From Podarcis pityusensis (lineage: Eukaryota), in the NCBI GenBank assembly GCA_964106645.2, contig OZ067042.1: a stretch of 64,000 nt of DNA; one strand, written 5' to 3'. Below, piece after piece: positions 1-11,128 of this stretch. The position numbers and the translations under genes were made by a program. How positions within the stretch are numbered: position 1 is the first letter of the stretch; each line of letters begins with the position of its first letter. The notes below the pieces were generated by a model that did no database searches, had not been told where the DNA came from, and saw nothing but the letters and a program-made list of their open reading frames with translations.

Positions 1-454
1 AGAATTCATAATAAATAACTGTTTGGGTATTTCAAAGATATTTTAATGTACAACTATCATCCCCCCCCCTTTTCTTCAGAAAGATAACTTTTTTTGTACC
101 CCATGCAACTTTTTGAAGAGCCAAAGAGCATAAACATCAAATTCCTTTAAAAGATAGGACTGTCCACCTGGTATTTTTATTATTTTAACCATTTATGGGC
201 TCTGCTCTGTATTAAGATGGGCTGTGAGTATATTTAGCAGAGTAACCTTTCAAGAAAAACTCACACCCCAAATAACAACTTACCCATTCAGTGGATACAT
301 TTGAAAGACAGATGAAAAGGACCAGCCAACACAGACAAACCTCAATCAGAAAAAGTTGTGTAGCTTTCATGAGGATGCTGTTTTGCATGTTGCTGTATTT
401 TTTAATTATTGTAATGAGGTATGATTGTCTATTGGTTACCCACAATACTTCTTG

Positions 455-834
455 NNNNNNNNNNNNNNNNNNNNNNNNNNNNNNNNNNNNNNNNNNNNNN
501 NNNNNNNNNNNNNNNNNNNNNNNNNNNNNNNNNNNNNNNNNNNNNNNNNNNNNNNNNNNNNNNNNNNNNNNNNNNNNNNNNNNNNNNNNNNNNNNNNNNN
601 NNNNNNNNNNNNNNNNNNNNNNNNNNNNNNNNNNNNNNNNNNNNNNNNNNNNNNNNNNNNNNNNNNNNNNNNNNNNNNNNNNNNNNNNNNNNNNNNNNNN
701 NNNNNNNNNNNNNNNNNNNNNNNNNNNNNNNNNNNNNNNNNNNNNNNNNNNNNNNNNNNNNNNNNNNNNNNNNNNNNNNNNNNNNNNNNNNNNNNNNNNN
801 NNNNNNNNNNNNNNNNNNNNNNNNNNNNNNNNNN
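455..834. other. Assembly gap (380 N)
   Basis: Run of N; ORF-track entries spanning it are artefacts. Confidence 0.99.
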
Positions 835-984
835 TCCGTGCTGTACAATCCCCAAGATTTTTGTTCTGATCAAATGAGAATAAAGCTTACTGTGCAGAGA
901 AAGAGAGAGAGAGAAATTTAAAATGCCAAAAATACATACCCCTGGTTTTTTACTCATTCTTTTCCCCTCCCCCCATCTTTCTAG

Positions 985-1071
985 GCAAGGTCAACCAGTC
1001 TATCCAATCACAACAGGGGGATTCCGACATCCCTACCCAACCGCTTTGACTGTCAATGCTTCCATGTCAAG
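985..1071 (+). CDS. TCF7L2: TCF7L2 exon 8 (87 nt), QGQPVYPITTGGFRHPYPTALTVNASMS
   Basis: Polypyrimidine tract, then ctag|GCAAGG; ends TCAAG|gtgagt. Peptide matches the TCF7L2 context-dependent regulatory region. Not in the ORF track. Confidence 0.97.
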
Positions 1072-3565
1072 GTGAGTTCAAAGTACTCAGGTCCAGAAGT
1101 AGGGGCATCTGCTACTTCTGTTTATCACTCTCTATAGGGCAGTGAAGCTTTGCTTAAAAAATGCCTTGATTTAGTTATGCAATGATCTTTGTTTTAGTTT
1201 GGGGGGGTGTGGGGAACCCTCACATCATTCCCAGTGACAAAGCCTTGTCATATAGGTCCATTCTTGAAGATCAGTGCTTTTGAACTGCATTTATTTTAAT
1301 TCTTAACTAGAGGGAGGCATCATTGTAACCCTATGATATTGAGAAGCCTGGAGATTATGCTGTTGCAAGTTTTGCTTTCTCCATGGCTCTCATTTCAAGC
1401 AGGGTTTTCTATGAAGAACAGGGTCTGTCTGCTTTTATTATGCAAGCAGACTTAGAAGGAGGGGTGTTGCATTTTCTTCTCATTCCCAAGCTCAAATTAT
1501 TTTTAGTTGACATAAAAAGACCCACCTGATCCTCTAAAGGGCTTAGAAGTATATATTTTCTCTCTCTCTGCCCCAACCTCCAATTAATTCCAGCTAATTT
1601 TCCAAGGGCTGCTAGTTTTATTTACAAACTGCTTGGCAGCACTATGTTTAAGTAATCACTAATTGCTCCTAATGATAGTTTTATTCTCTGTTCATCTGAT
1701 TTTCAGTCTAGTTAATTAAATCGGTGGAGGTTTAGACTTTCCTGATGGGCTGAAACAGCTAATCCATTTTGATGATGGTACATAATTAAATTAGCATGCA
1801 TTACATAGCAAGGTTCCACATTTCCCCCTCAACTCCCTCCCCCTCCTGGACCTTTCCAATCCCTGCAGTTAATACGTGAAGGTTAGATTACAGAGGAGGA
1901 AGGGTTTGAGGAAGCAAAGGGCATGGAGAAGCTAAAGGAAACTTCATGGCTAGCAGATAACTCTTCTCTTATACAGTTGCAGAACGAGGCAGCAAACCAA
2001 TTCTGCACACGCAAATATAATTAAAACCCAGATTCCCTAATGCTAACCTTTCTGCTAATATTGCACATTTGTGAAAAAGACTGGCAAGCTGAGAAAGGGC
2101 AATAAAAACGAATCTGAGTTCATCTTAATTATTATTAAGGCTGTTCTATTTATCTGTTTAGTTTTTTGCAAGGGGCAGGAATGAGTGAGAGAAAGAGAGA
2201 GATCAGTTCTATCCCTTAGATATGCCTTTATGAAAGGGATCTAGTTAAAAAGGGTATACAGCAAATTAAATACATTATTGTGGTAATGGGACGACAGAAG
2301 TACAAGTCTATTATACTTACAACAGTTATAGGAATTGTATGCTCCTTGCCCTGTTCTAGCACATCCTTTGATATTCATTCTATTCAGCAGCAGGGCCAGG
2401 ACTTCTCAGAATTAAGTGATGGGTCATTATACTTTAAACACCATGGAGAAGCCAAGATTGGCAATTAAACAGCACTTGCTGACACTCGCTTGTGCCACTC
2501 TGTGACCCCCTTTAGATTGAGATGTTGGAGCTCGGGGCCCTCAGCCTGCTAAATTGGTAGCAGGCACTTCTCCTGACGAGGGCTGGCTCTGAAATCTGCC
2601 GGCTTCAAAGGGAGCAAGATCATGTATAAACCATAATATGGGTGCACCGTGGCTCAAAAAAAGGAGGAAAAAAAGGGGGGGAGGCAGGAATAGATGAAAT
2701 GTTACAAGTGCAAGGGGAAAATGAGGGAATAATGACAAATCTAATGCAACTCAAAGCAGAATTGTTGCACGAAAAAATGCATCCCACTGCTTGTGCATAA
2801 AATCAAGGCAGGCAGATGACATCCAGTTAACAGAAACATGTCAACAGTGAAGTAAAGTGAGAGTGAGTAAGAGAGAAGCCCCTGAGACAGCCAGGAACAA
2901 AAAATTAGTTGTCCTTAACAAGTTACGGCTCATCATTATATTCTGGCTTGGAGCCATAAAAGCAGACAGGGGTATATAATGAGCTGCTTAGAATTTTTTA
3001 GGGTGTTTATTGCAATTCATAGAATACTTGTCTGCGGAAAGGAATTTCTCAGTCAAAGAAGGGTGTGTGTCCTTTATATGTGATAGCACACTATGCAAAC
3101 AAACACGCAGAAAAAAGGGGGGGTAGCGTTTAAAAAATAATCCACATGTGCATGCACATGGCATGTGTGTGCACAATGAAACATGTTCTCCATGTTTAAT
3201 GGACAAAAATGCATTAAAATGTACAATGTGTGCTTTTATTTCATATGTGAAAATTTCAACTTTAAGACCTACTGTGTGATGAATAGTGTTATTAAGCATT
3301 TTTGCTGACATGCAGTTTCTTACATTGCTAAATATGCTCTGTGTAATTGAACATGCACCACATTCATATGTTTATGCTTGTCCTCTTTTGACATGCATGA
3401 GTGCAGGACATGTGCCTTTTATAATCATGCCCCGTTGTATTGAATAGGTGGTTTGATTTAATATTTAATTATATTTATTTAATAATAATAATATAAAAAG
3501 ATGTTAGATTCCCCCCCTTCACACAGACCCAGAATTAAACACTAAAGTAGATTATCTTCTGTCTC

Positions 3566-3570
<5 letters not shown>

Positions 3571-3620
<50 letters not shown>
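3571..3620. repeat. Compound (CT)n(CA)n microsatellite
   Basis: Direct reading. Confidence 0.95.
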
Positions 3621-3752
3621 TCACAGCTCTCTGTCAAATTCTGAAATTGGGCATCAACTCATATTTTACACCTCTCTACTGTTGAACATATAACTTTGCC
3701 CACTTCTTTTATGCCCTGCTACACCCCAAAGACGTAGCAAATGTTTATGGCT

Positions 3753-3814
3753 TGCATTGCAGGCGTTTGGACTAGATGACCCTTGTAGTCTCTTTCGATT
3801 CTATGATTCTGTGA
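3753..3814 (+). mobile_element. CR1 LINE 3' terminal fragment
   Basis: tgcattgcagg...ttggactagatgaccc...ttctatgattctgtga, a typical CR1 end with (TTCTATGA)-type tail. Sister copy at ~52899-52970. Confidence 0.65.
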
Positions 3815-3947
3815 CCATGTATTTTACAGCTGAACATAAAGTTTGAGTCTGGATAATTACCTTTGTAGTTATAATCAGAAATCCCATGCAGTTGTTGTTG
3901 TTTTTTTTTAAAAAAATACAAACAAATTTGAGGGTAGTCTTCTATTA

Positions 3948-4032
3948 TGTTTTATTCAGAGTACATCCATTGAAATTAATAAGCATGATCAAGTTTGGTC
4001 ATTGATCTTAATAGGTCTACTCTGAGTAAAAC
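3948..4032. mobile_element. Degenerate palindromic MITE-like element
   Basis: gttttattcagagta(c) ... tactctgagtaaaac form inverted arms. Confidence 0.5.
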
Positions 4033-6819
4033 TTAGTTGACTACCACTCTGAGCTTTTGTATGGTGGAGTCTGTTTTCTCAGATGCCAGAAGTAGTATCT
4101 TCTTTACTGCTTGATGTTTCTTTTTTAAGTTCTCTGCTTTTTCTTTGGCATACTCCTCAATTTTATTTACCTTCCCTCCCAACCTCCAGAAATTAAATGT
4201 TAGTTAAAGTAGAATAATAATGAGATTTCCATCCTGGTGTTCCATAGGTTGTTTATTGTGTTATTTTGTAACAAGGTTTACAATTGTATGCAGTAGCTTT
4301 GCCGCAACCTTTTCCATGGTAAAGTGAAGAATATTACATACCTTAAAAATCTGCATTGGGGGGAAAATGTGGTTCTCATATTATCTCTGTGATGCAGGAA
4401 GTTTCCCATTCTTTTCCCATGGGAAGAAACTCCTTCACACAAATTCTTCTCCATATGAAATTATGATAGACTGTTGATGCTTCACTGCATCAAAAAACAA
4501 TGTACAAACTGGTGCTGAAAATGACATTTTGACAAGTCAACACAGCCCCTTTTGTAGTGTAGTACACCTGGTTTCTCACCTTGTCTTCTCTTCTTCTATC
4601 ACAAAACCAAACCAAAGTTAATACAATATCTCCTTTCCTTGTCCCTGTCACAATTCATAGTTCCGCCTCCATAGTCATTCTCAATAATGATTTGCAAACT
4701 TATCTTGGAAATGAAAACACCTCTCTGCTCCTGTTTATAAGCACTTCTGGCTATTAAATAGAACTTCCCCTCCCTGTCCTTTCTCTGCATGGCCCCTAAA
4801 TCTGCTCTGGAGGCTTAGGACGGGGGAACCCAGAACATATTTAGGGGACGTGTGGGAAGGTTACATTGTTCTAGCAGAAACCCAAGCTTTCCCACCCAAT
4901 AAATTATTTTGGGGAACGGAGGAACAGAATGGACATTGACCGTTCGCATCTTCTCTGTGCCCCTATATTATGTCACTCTGCTTTTCCCTTCTCATACAAG
5001 GAAAACAATCAGCTAAGGGCTAGAAGACCAATTGTATGCATATCCCAATTTGGGTGAAAACCAGTTTCCATAATTAGAATGCGATAACAGCCTACCAATT
5101 TGAAGGCTAGGGTTGGTTATACTGAGGAGTGGCAAGTCTTTTTTCTTTCCCATTCTCATTGCTTCACCCCCTTCTAACCCCTTCCTTTCTCATTTGATGC
5201 TACACCTGTCCCAAGTGCCGAATCCAACATGAATAAGGGAAGGAAGTGAGTTAGTGATGAATATATCCATGCCAGGAATGAAAGGATTTGAAGTGTTTAA
5301 GGCATCCATTCCCTGGGGTCATCAGGAGAGGCAAAGTGAGACTACATTCTGCAGCCAGTGGAAGTCAGTGGGAGCCGTGTCTAGGGCAGGAGCAGGTATT
5401 ATACCTCCACCTGATACCCAGACACTTCACACACTGGTCACGAGACTGCAACCTTCATACCTAGTCCTATTTAACTAAGTGGAGGCCAAGATGACACAAC
5501 CCTACCAATATCTGCAAAGCTTTATTCCTTCCCAGGAACAGCTTGCGAGGTGGGATGGAGCCACTACACTAGCTTCCTGGCTGGTAGTTGAGTGTGTTGC
5601 TCCTGGGAGCAGCAGGAATGAGGTGGTGGGGAGGTTGGTCAGGGGCAACCAGCCAGGATCTTCAGATTGGCTCTGCTGCTGCATTTGCATCAAGCAGATG
5701 TCTCCAGTGCCTTGCTCCTGCCCCTTCCAGTAAGCAATAGCGGCCCACCTGTTGGGAAGCTAGCACAGGTGATCTGCTTGTCCTCACCTACTGAGCTGCT
5801 TCTGGCACTAGCATATGCCATTGTTGTTGTCTGTAGCTTGGTTATGCTAGATTAGAATATGGCAAAGAATGACAAAAAGATGAGAGGGACCTGTGCAATT
5901 TTGCATGTGGATTGAGGTGAAGGACTCTACTTCTTCTCCCATCTCTCTTTGGTTCAGCACACACGTACACACCCCTTCTAGAGTAGCGTTTTAGGATTGA
6001 AGGGAAATAGCCTAGTCAACTTTAATGTTGCTGCTACTTACTCTGAGTACACTTGAACACCATTCATTAATCAGTGTATTGTTTTGCCACTAGAAAGCAT
6101 ATTTATTGATTCTTGTTTAGTGAAAGATGGCTATATGAACATAGGTACAACACCAGTACATGATTCAAAATTTATTTGACTGTACATTTGGATCTTACCA
6201 CTTACATCTCCCATTTTCCTTTCAAATGTTTCCTGTTTTCCCTCTAAGACGTCCCTGCTTTTAAATCTCAAGTCAATTTCAAATTTCATTTCCTGTGCCA
6301 TGGAGTTATAAGACAATGATTAAAAAATAACAAACCCCCCAATTTTCTTACGCTCCATTTTAAGAGACTATAGCTAATAAGGTGAAGAATTGCATGTAAA
6401 TCAAGGTTCCACAAACACTTGCTATTTATAACAATGAAATAAAGAGCCATTTTGTAATCCTCAGCCTGATTTGATGTTCGTATTAAAAGTTCAAATCCCC
6501 AGAGGCTGTTTCCCCATAATTTTATATGAGTAGGACCTGCACTTTACAATGAAGAAGGAGTGGTCAAATTTCTATTTTTTTTAAACCATGAACTGAACTG
6601 AACTATTATTGTTGTTGTTGTTATTGTTACTATTATTATTATTTAAAAAGTTGTTATTTCTGTTAGTAGAAGAATTATGATGTTTAAAGTATCATTTATT
6701 GTTGCTGTCAGTTTTCATATATGCTTGTCTAGAGTTTGTTTGCTTTTTATATGCCTTTTATTATATGCGTGTACACACCCCTCCCCATTCATTCATTTTT
6801 ATTCTGACGATTTACACAG

Positions 6820-6960
6820 CTTTCTCTCCTCTAGGTTCCCTCCACACATGGTCCCTCCACATCATAGTTTACATACGACTGGGATCCCTCATCCGGCCAT
6901 AGTCACCCCAACAGTCAAACAAGAATCTTCCCAGAATGATGTCGGCTCACTCCACAGCTC
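6820..6960 (+). CDS. TCF7L2: TCF7L2 exon 9; long form from 6820 (adds SFLSS), short form from 6835; (SFLSS)[43 protein letters not shown]
   Basis: Two acceptors 15 nt apart (cacag|C at 6820, ctag|G at 6835); donor gtaagt at 6961. Contains the VKQE SUMO consensus. Confidence 0.97.
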
Positions 6961-7498
6961 GTAAGTATTTTTTTAATATTAAAATCTACAAACTTTTATT
7001 TAATGTTGCTTATTGTAGAAGGTGTGGAATATTGATAGCTGCCTTATGACAAACAAAGTAAAGACCATTGGACCATGCAAGCTCAATATTACACATATTG
7101 GCAATAGTTTTCCAGGGTTTCAGACAGGGAAGTATTGTGGATCAAGTGTACTACCTTCTACAAGCAAAGCATACACCTCTATCACTAAACAACAGCCCTT
7201 TTCCTAGGGGATGGGCGTGCTGGGATTTACAAGCACCTAGACTGTGATTACAATCTCTTAACTTTCATTAGCCTTTGAGTTGTTCAGGGTGAATTGATGT
7301 CAAAGAGACATGAGCCTGCCCACCCCAGACCTGAGAAAATCCCAAGTCCCCTTTCCTTCATTTGGAGAGTGCCTGTATAGATATATATGAAGTCTATGGT
7401 TTTTGAACGAGTCAAGATAGTGAACAAATGTGTGTATTTGAAGCACTCGGGAATTCCTTATCTTTTTATTTATGGGTTTCTAATAGCTAAGTATTTAT

Positions 7499-7915
7499 GG
7501 GACGTGGGTGGCAACGGGACACGGGTGGTGCTGTGGGTTAAACCATTGAGCCTCTTGGGCTTGCCTATTGAAAGCTCGGCAGTTCTAATCCCCGTGACGG
7601 GGTGAACTCCCGTTGTTCCAGCTCCTGCCGTTGTTCCAGCTCCCGTTGTCCCAGCTCCTGCCAACCTAGCAGTTCAAAAGCACGCCAGTGCAAGTAGATA
7701 AATAGGTACCATTCCGGCGGGAAGGTAAACGGCGTTTCCGTGCGCTGCTGTGGTTCTGCCAGAAGCAGATTAGTCATGCTGGCCACATGACCCGGAAAAA
7801 CTGTCTGCGGAAGCGGACAAATGCCAGCTCCCTTGGCCTTTAAAGCGAGATAAGCGTTGCAACCCCAGAGTCGTTTGCGACTGGACTTAATTGTCAGGGG
7901 TCCTTTACCTTTACC
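7499..7915 (+). mobile_element. Sauria SINE, full length
   Basis: tRNA-like head gggacacgggtggtgctgtgggttaaacc, internal aagtagataaataggtacc, (ACCTTT)n tail. TSD ctaatagc(t/a)aagtat at 7480-7494 and 7915-7929. Confidence 0.9.
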
Positions 7916-8589
7916 TAATAGCAAAGTATGCAGCTTCTGAAATAACTTCAGTTATTTGTTTCCAAAGCAATTGCCAAAAATTCTGGCTAAACCCAGTGTA
8001 TGTGATCCCATGTAAAGTCTGTTGTTTCTAGTAAGACTTGGAGAGAAGTATTGCCCCACAGATATTTTGCACATTCATATGCTGTATATTAAATAGGGGC
8101 CATAATTTAGTATATGTGCTGCCAAAGCGAGCACAAATAGGGGCCCTAATTTTATTGGCCAAGATTATTATTAACCAAATAAGCATTTTGAATGGTTAAC
8201 CCGGGGCCCAATTTTTCATCCACCCAGACATTGCGTTAAACCTCCCGCCTTCAGAGTCATCACAATTGGCTCAGTTGGTTTTAGAAAAGCAAACGCATTT
8301 CAGAGCCACATGGTGGGGATAAGCATCAGGAAGGGGCAATCGCCTTCACACACTGCTTGGCACCTGGCTGGCTACTGCTGGAAACCAGATGTACAGCATT
8401 GTTCTGATCTTGGAAGGCTCTTCTTGCATTCTCATGAGCAGGTTCACTCGCACAGGCTTTGATTTCCCATTCTCCAACAGTTTGGATACCTGTCTCTTCG
8501 TCATCCTTTACCCTAATTGCTTCATATCTCAGCACCTATTGCTAGGCAAGAAAATTAAGACCTGGGGTTTGAAGGCTGTCTACTGCCTT

Positions 8590-8775
8590 GGGGAGAGTGG
8601 TTATAACCCAGCAGAGTAACACCTACTTTATGCCCCAGGTCCACTCTCTGGCATCTCCAGTAGCTGATTAGATTGGAGAAGACCTGCCTGCTGGAGACTT
8701 TGGAGAGCTGCTGCCAATACTGGGCTAGTTAGACCAATGGTCAGGTTCACTATAAGTCAGCTTCTTCACACGTTC
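8590..8775 (+). mobile_element. Degenerate tRNA-derived SINE (Squam3-like)
   Basis: ggcatctccagt...ttggagagctgctgcca...gaccaatggtc; similar to the copy at 55331. Confidence 0.55.
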
Positions 8776-9360
8776 ACTGTGTAAATTATTAGATGCCTGT
8801 GTTACTTGACAATCCACAGGGGAAGTTACAGGTGGGGAAGAGAAGAAAATTGTTGGAAGTGTTTATAAATATCCTGGGCAGCGGGGAGGACCCCTTTACT
8901 GTGAGGGCAGTAAAATGGCTCCTTGCTACCTCTGCATCTTATGAGAGTTCACCTCAAAGCTCATATTTGCTTCAGAGTCAGGTACTCAAAACTGATGGCT
9001 ATGTATATTTTGGTGCACAGAACCCTAGGTTTGCCCATGTAGATATGGCAAAAGGTTAAAAATCTGAGTAAATAAATTTTCCTGATGTAAAAAAAATACA
9101 TGGAGTAGTGTACTGTAATCTCATGAAGCAATATTATCTATCGAAGTTTTAATAATATATTGGATGTGCACCAAGGGCAGCTCTCTCCCGTACATGGCTG
9201 CTGGTATGATGCTTTACAGCTAGTTTCAGGGTTTTTTTGAGTTTTTCTTTGCTCCCCTCAATATGGTTTTAATGATGGAGGCAAAGATTGGGATAAGTGC
9301 ACAGAAGTATTTTGACAATGTTGTACAAGCTCCTTCTGTCTGTTCTTGTCAACCATCCAG

Positions 9361-9520
9361 AAAACATCAGGACTCCAAAAAAGAAGAGGAGAAAAAGAAG
9401 CCACACATAAAGAAACCTCTTAATGCATTTATGTTGTATATGAAGGAAATGAGAGCAAAAGTTGTAGCAGAATGCACATTGAAGGAGAGTGCAGCCATCA
9501 ATCAAATCCTTGGTCGAAGG
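9361..9520 (+). CDS. TCF7L2: TCF7L2 exon 10 (160 nt), HMG box N-terminal half [53 protein letters not shown]
   Basis: ccatccag|A ... CGAAGG|gtaggt; TCF/LEF HMG signature. Confidence 0.99.
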
Positions 9521-11020
9521 GTAGGTAACTAGTCAGGATATGTATATGCAAGTTTGCATGTGGGATAGAATGAGAGTGTGATACATGTCTGAAATGAAAG
9601 GGCACAATCCACAATGTTATTTTAAGTGTGATTATAGCATTTGGCTGCCCAGTGGAACTTCCAAGATTTCTGGTTGAATACTTGTGCTTTGAAACTTCCT
9701 TGCATTCTAGTTACACAGACAAGGAAATAAAGTTACATTTTCACCAAATGCATGTGCACCTGCACAGCATAATTATATGCTACATACTTTTATCCAGAAG
9801 ATGCATTTCTTTTTCTGTCAGTATGACCCCGCTTTGATGTAGACCTTGCCTTTTCAACTCCATCCACCTCTCCATCAGTGCTTGGGCATCACCATACCTT
9901 GGTTGCTCTGCCCCTTAATTCTGAGACATGTCTTAGGAACCTCAGCATTCTTACGTCTCTCTGTAAAGTATCTCTAAACACACCACTGTAGCCTATTAGT
10001 GAAGAACTCTGTACTTAGAAGGCTGTAGAAGCTTTTACTTGAAGTTTGATTCTCCATTCTCTGGATGTAGGAACCTTAAGTCTGGATGTTGTATGAACTG
10101 TAGGCCTCTGTTCACGAGTCCCAGGTGAAGCTATAGTAATTTATGTAACTGGTAGCAGATAAATAATAGTAAAAATAAACTTCTTACATAGGGAAGGTGG
10201 AGTTGTATCTTAAAGCAGGCCTTCGCAACTTGTGGCAAAGCATAGTTCTGAAGACAGGTAGCAAATTCAAGATTTATTGGCTTCCCAGCAAGCTACAGCT
10301 TGTAGGTTCCATTTTACTTGTTCTGTCACACATTGTGCAGGCCTGCCTTACAGGCATTAAAAACAGGTATTTGATTAATGTATGTCATTATTATTATTTG
10401 GAGGAGGCTGGTTTACCAGAGTGACAAATTGTGACAAGTGGGGAAGGGAGAGGCAAATTTAAAGTATGGTCTACTTTATGGGCATTTCTTGCATGTCTTG
10501 TTCAAATGAATGCTGGTTAAAGGGGAATAGCTGTTGGCGGCTGGTCCATCAGGGTGAGTGGGGCTCTGTCCCATCAAGACCTCACCTGCCTGCCTTCTTA
10601 CTTACAACCATTCCTGGGATGGCACCGCCTGTCATTTTCCACCTCCTTAGTCTCAGTGCTGCCCTTTCACAACACAGCAAAGAGGATGTTGGCAACAAAG
10701 CTGGAATTAGTTGATTCTGCCTGCCATTGGCTCCTGCTTCTACTACTGTTGGTCTTCCAATGGGCACCATCTACCACTGGTAAAAGTACTTGAAGAATTA
10801 CACTATTCCATTTTCAAAAGTGAAAGACTCCATCGGTATAACCCAGCTTAAGCAAACCTGGATAAAACAGAGTTCTTAAGAATAAATAAATAGTCTGCAT
10901 CAGTTGATATGCTTTAATTGGCTGCCATTTTCCAAAGTTTGAATGTGAATGCACATTGTACACACACTGTATTACTGACGTTCTGTTGTGCTTGTGGTTT
11001 TGTTTTCTTTCTCTCTGCAG

Positions 11021-11128
11021 TGGCATGCATTATCCAGAGAAGAACAAGCTAAATATTATGAACTAGCCAGAAAGGAACGACAGCTCCACATGCAGCTTTA
11101 CCCCGGCTGGTCCGCACGGGATAACTAT
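11021..11128 (+). CDS. TCF7L2: TCF7L2 exon 11 (108 nt), HMG box C-terminal half [36 protein letters not shown]
   Basis: ctctgcag|TGG ... AACTAT|gtaggt. A second identical donor lies at 11141. Confidence 0.99.

Noticed and set aside
291-957. Long ORFs on both strands
   Set aside because: They span the N gap and are artefacts.
9521-9530. GTAG|GTAACT +4 tandem donor after exon 10 (similar after exon 16)
   Set aside because: A common by-product of the donor consensus; it would frameshift, and nothing supports its use.
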